In this document: positions 22,503 to 25,186 of the stretch, in pieces
Position numbering within the stretch: position 1 is the first letter of the stretch
How the letters are laid out: every line of letters starts with the position of its first letter
Source: Octopus sinensis
Lineage: Eukaryota
Direction: 5' to 3'
DNA length: 25,186 bases
NCBI RefSeq assembly: GCF_006345805.1
Contig: NW_021836118.1
Location: forward strand, 1-25,186
The notes under the pieces: generated by a model
Database searches by the model: none
What the model was told of the DNA's origin: nothing
What the model saw: only the letters and a program-made list of their open reading frames with translations
Position numbers and translations under genes: made by a program

Positions 22503-22809
22503 GGAGGCGCAACGGCCCAGTGGTTAGAGCAGCAGACTCACGGTCGGAGGTTGCGGTTTCGATTCCCAGACCGGGCGTTGTATGTGTTTATTGAGCGAAA
22601 ACACCTAAAAGCTCCACGATGCTCCGGCAAGGGGTTGTGGCGACCCCTGTTGTACTCTTTCGCCCCAACTTTCTCTCACTCTTTCTTCCTGTTTCTTGGG
22701 TAACGCTGCGATGGACTGGCGTCCCGTCCAGCTGGGGGGGGGGGAACATACGCAACAGAAACCGGGAAACCGGGCCCATGAACCTGGTTAGGCTTGAAAA
22801 GGGCGCAAA
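22503..22809 (+). mobile_element. tRNA-derived SINE family D (V-domain-like segment)
   Basis: Head GGCGCAACGGCCCAGTGGTTAGAGC..GGTTTCGATTCCC (A/B boxes). Internal GCGATGGACTGGCGTCCCGTCCAG resembles the V-SINE central domain as I recall it. Lies between (TG)n and (TA)n. Confidence 0.8.
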
Positions 22810-23120
22810 TATATATATATACATAAGTTTTTCAACTGATTCTATTATATTCGAGAAGCCACGACAGGGTTGAAGAGTTTAACATAATTATGTTGAGTGG
22901 ATTTTCTTCAATGACCAGCTTTCTTTAATATCCACAATGATAACTATTATTGACTTGAGTGTTCACAGACATCATATGGTAGATGTGTGTCGCTCCAACA
23001 TGGCCGTAACTATGGAGCCAAAAGCATACTTGTGACCTTAACAATGAAAACAAAAAATATGGTTGTGATGTTCTTGTTTGAAATTATAACTCACAAATAA
23101 GAAGAGAAGAAGAAGAAGAA

Positions 23121-23331
23121 GCCTTTCTGCTGGAAGCACAGGGCCTCAAATTTGGGGGAAGGCATTAAGTCGATTACATCGACTCCAGTGCGTAACTGGT
23201 ACTAATTATATCGACCCCCGCAAGGATGAAAATCAGTCGACCTCGGTGAAATTTGAACTCAGAACGTAACGGCGGACGAACTTCCGCTAAGAATTTCGCC
23301 CGGCGTGCTAACGATTCTTCCAGCTCACTGC

Positions 23332-23370
<39 letters not shown>

Positions 23371-23900
23371 CCTTTCTGGTAAAGGTTCAAGGGCAGGAAT
23401 TTTTAAAGAGAAGGGGCTAATCGATTATCGATCCCAGTACTTGATTGATATTTATTTTATCGACCCTGAAAGGATGAAAGGCGAATTCAACTTTGATAGG
23501 ATTTGAACTCAGAACTTAGCGTCGGAACAAATACTGTGAAATATGTTTGGGTCGCTCTCACGATTCTGGTTGCTCGCTGCACTAAATGGTTTCTGTTTTA
23601 AACTCAAGGCCAACAATTTCGATAAGTGAGGTGTTAGTCTATAGCATCGACCCTAGTACGTAGCTGGTACTTATTTCTTATCCATTTGTCTTTCCAGATT
23701 CTAAAATCCACTGATTAACATAATAAATTATGATAATTTTTAAAATAAGCACAAATCAATACATTTTGTGAAAGGGTCGGGTGGGTGGGTATTATACTAG
23801 ATTAAGGGATAATACAGTCGACCTCGGTGAGGTTAGATCCCTGGATGTCAAGGGACATAACTTAATACAGAAGACGTTTTGTTCCCTAGCGAATTTTTCA
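23121..23900 (-). mobile_element. Head-to-tail array of about 4 SINE family B copies
   Basis: Best-preserved full copy at 23121-23335. The next copy has its (AAT)n tail at 23337-23369; partial copies at ~23590 and ~23740. All are minus strand. Confidence 0.9.
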
Positions 23901-23939
23901 CGACTATTTCTTCGTTTCATGCAACGATGGGGCTTGTTT

Positions 23940-24460
23940 AGGGTCGCTCATTCCACTAGAAATAGCAGTCATAACATATATTGTGTAGAAAAGTGGGTGG
24001 GGATACGTTAAATAATGTTGCAGAAAATATACACTATCTGTAAAAATGAAACAACAAAGGGTTGTCACGGCTGGAAGGTTTTAAACAACAGATCTGTTCG
24101 ATTGGGGCTAACTTGGGCTTAAACAGCAAGAACAATGACAACATCATGAACAACATCCAGACGATGTTACGTCGACTAGGACAGCGCGTTTCTTCAACTA
24201 AACATGCGGAAAATCAACGGCTTGGTCATGGCTGGAACGGTTTTGATCAAAAGTTGAGCCAACAAAGGTGTTTCTATTCGGTCTTTCGATCTTCATTTAC
24301 CAGCTAAAAATATATAAATATAGCAAAAAGAACAAAAGCAAACGTATAGAAGAACGTGGCCATAAATATAAGATTAGTCGAGGTGGTCACGACTGGAACG
24401 TCTCTTACCAGAGGAGTCTGCTCAATCAGGGCTGGTCCCGGACTTAACTACAACAATACC
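23940..24460 (+). mobile_element. Three tandem SINE-like family C copies or fragments
   Basis: GTCA(C/T)G(G/A)CTGGAA recurs at ~24064, 24226 and 24386. The first and third copies continue through GATTGGGGCT/AATCAGGGCT into AAC-rich tails. Confidence 0.65.
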
Positions 24461-24610
24461 GCATCAGCTTTTATTTTATTTATTTATATTTTTCTTCTTC
24501 TTCTTTCCTCTCTTCGATTCTGTAATGACTGAAGCAAGGGAGACTATTCTTCTGTCTAAACTCGAAAATATCTGCTTGAGAAATCTGTTGTCGAGTCTGG
24601 TGCAATCGTT

Positions 24611-24659
24611 ATGTATTACTGGATTAATGAAGCTAACAGTCAAAATATGCTGTTTAGAG
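24611..24659 (+). CDS. Possible short first coding exon C (MYYWINEANSQNMLFR, phase-1 donor)
   Basis: ATG at 24611 opens 16 codons + 1 nt to GAG|GTTAGT at 24659/24660 in a unique block. Weak support. Confidence 0.2.
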
Positions 24660-24964
24660 GTTAGTATTTGGACTTTTAAAAATGTTGACGGCTGGGAGGG
24701 CACGTTTTGGGGCAGAAATTTGAAGGAAAAAGCAAAAAAATTTTAATAAATCACAAATATAGTTGTGCGGTGATGTAAAAATAATATATAATATTGATAA
24801 TAATAAATTGTGTATATTACATTACAGAGATCCTTGCTCACGTCAATTCCACGGTGAAATATAGCAATTCATTATATTAATTAATATAAGAGTTAGTGGG
24901 AGCTTATAAAATTATAATACTCTACACTACTATACTATAATAATAGATAATAATAATCGCATGG

Positions 24965-24998
<34 letters not shown>

Positions 24999-24999
<1 letters not shown>

Positions 25000-25186
25000 C
25001 CGGAGTAAACACTAAATGTGAAACAAGGTGGAAAAGGGTACTCAAATACCAGTGGTAGAGTAATATGCTTTATTTAAGCAGCAGAAAATTCAACAAACCT
25101 GTTACTACTCTGAGTTTCACGTTGCCGTTCGTCGGACAGTTTTTACTAGAAAAAACTGTCCGACGAATGGCAACGGGAAACTCAGA
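24999..25186 (-). mobile_element. Penelope-like element terminus with inverted partial copy, running off the window end
   Basis: Abuts (TA)n at 24964-24998. 36-bp inverted arms at 25109-25144 and 25151-25186 (2 mismatches, 6-nt spacer). Contains a hammerhead-like fold. Confidence 0.7.
25095..25144 (-). ncRNA. Type I hammerhead ribozyme-like motif, U4C core variant
   Basis: Minus strand: stem I CTGT/ACAG, core CCGACGA, stem II ACG-GCAA-CGT (GNRA loop), GAAA, stem III CT-cagagt-AG, GUA cleavage triplet. Confidence 0.6.

Noticed and set aside
22503-22575. Possible tRNA gene (also SINE heads at 13411, 3254 and 23335)
   Set aside because: The A/B boxes run directly into SINE bodies and I could not form a convincing cloverleaf.
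24525-24746. 73-aa ORF MTEARETILL...
   Set aside because: No recognisable homology. Using the 24660 donor it would be phase 0; the alternative phase-1 frame is reported instead at low confidence.

Overview
AT-rich eukaryotic, non-coding-dominated DNA, dense in microsatellites and interspersed repeats. The repeats look like octopus/cephalopod families; this is from recollection, not a database search. No complete gene is present and nearly all ORF-track entries are microsatellite or repeat artefacts. The window contains four tRNA-SINE-type families (about 30 copies or fragments), a complete non-autonomous Helitron, Tigger-like and hAT-like MITEs, and a 96-bp minisatellite. A largely repeat-free, CpG-richer island (~8.9-11.4 kb) and a second unique block (~17.2-18.3 kb) each end in a short ATG-initiated reading frame cut by a strong phase-1 splice donor. 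These look like alternative first exons of an unidentified + strand gene whose shared exons lie beyond the window. The most unusual signal is a set of Penelope-like/retrozyme-type relics that fold into minimal type I hammerhead ribozymes with non-canonical cores. One has a G3:C8-swapped core inside a 141-bp insert with a 10-bp target-site duplication. Others have a U4C core and sit in head-to-head palindromes.
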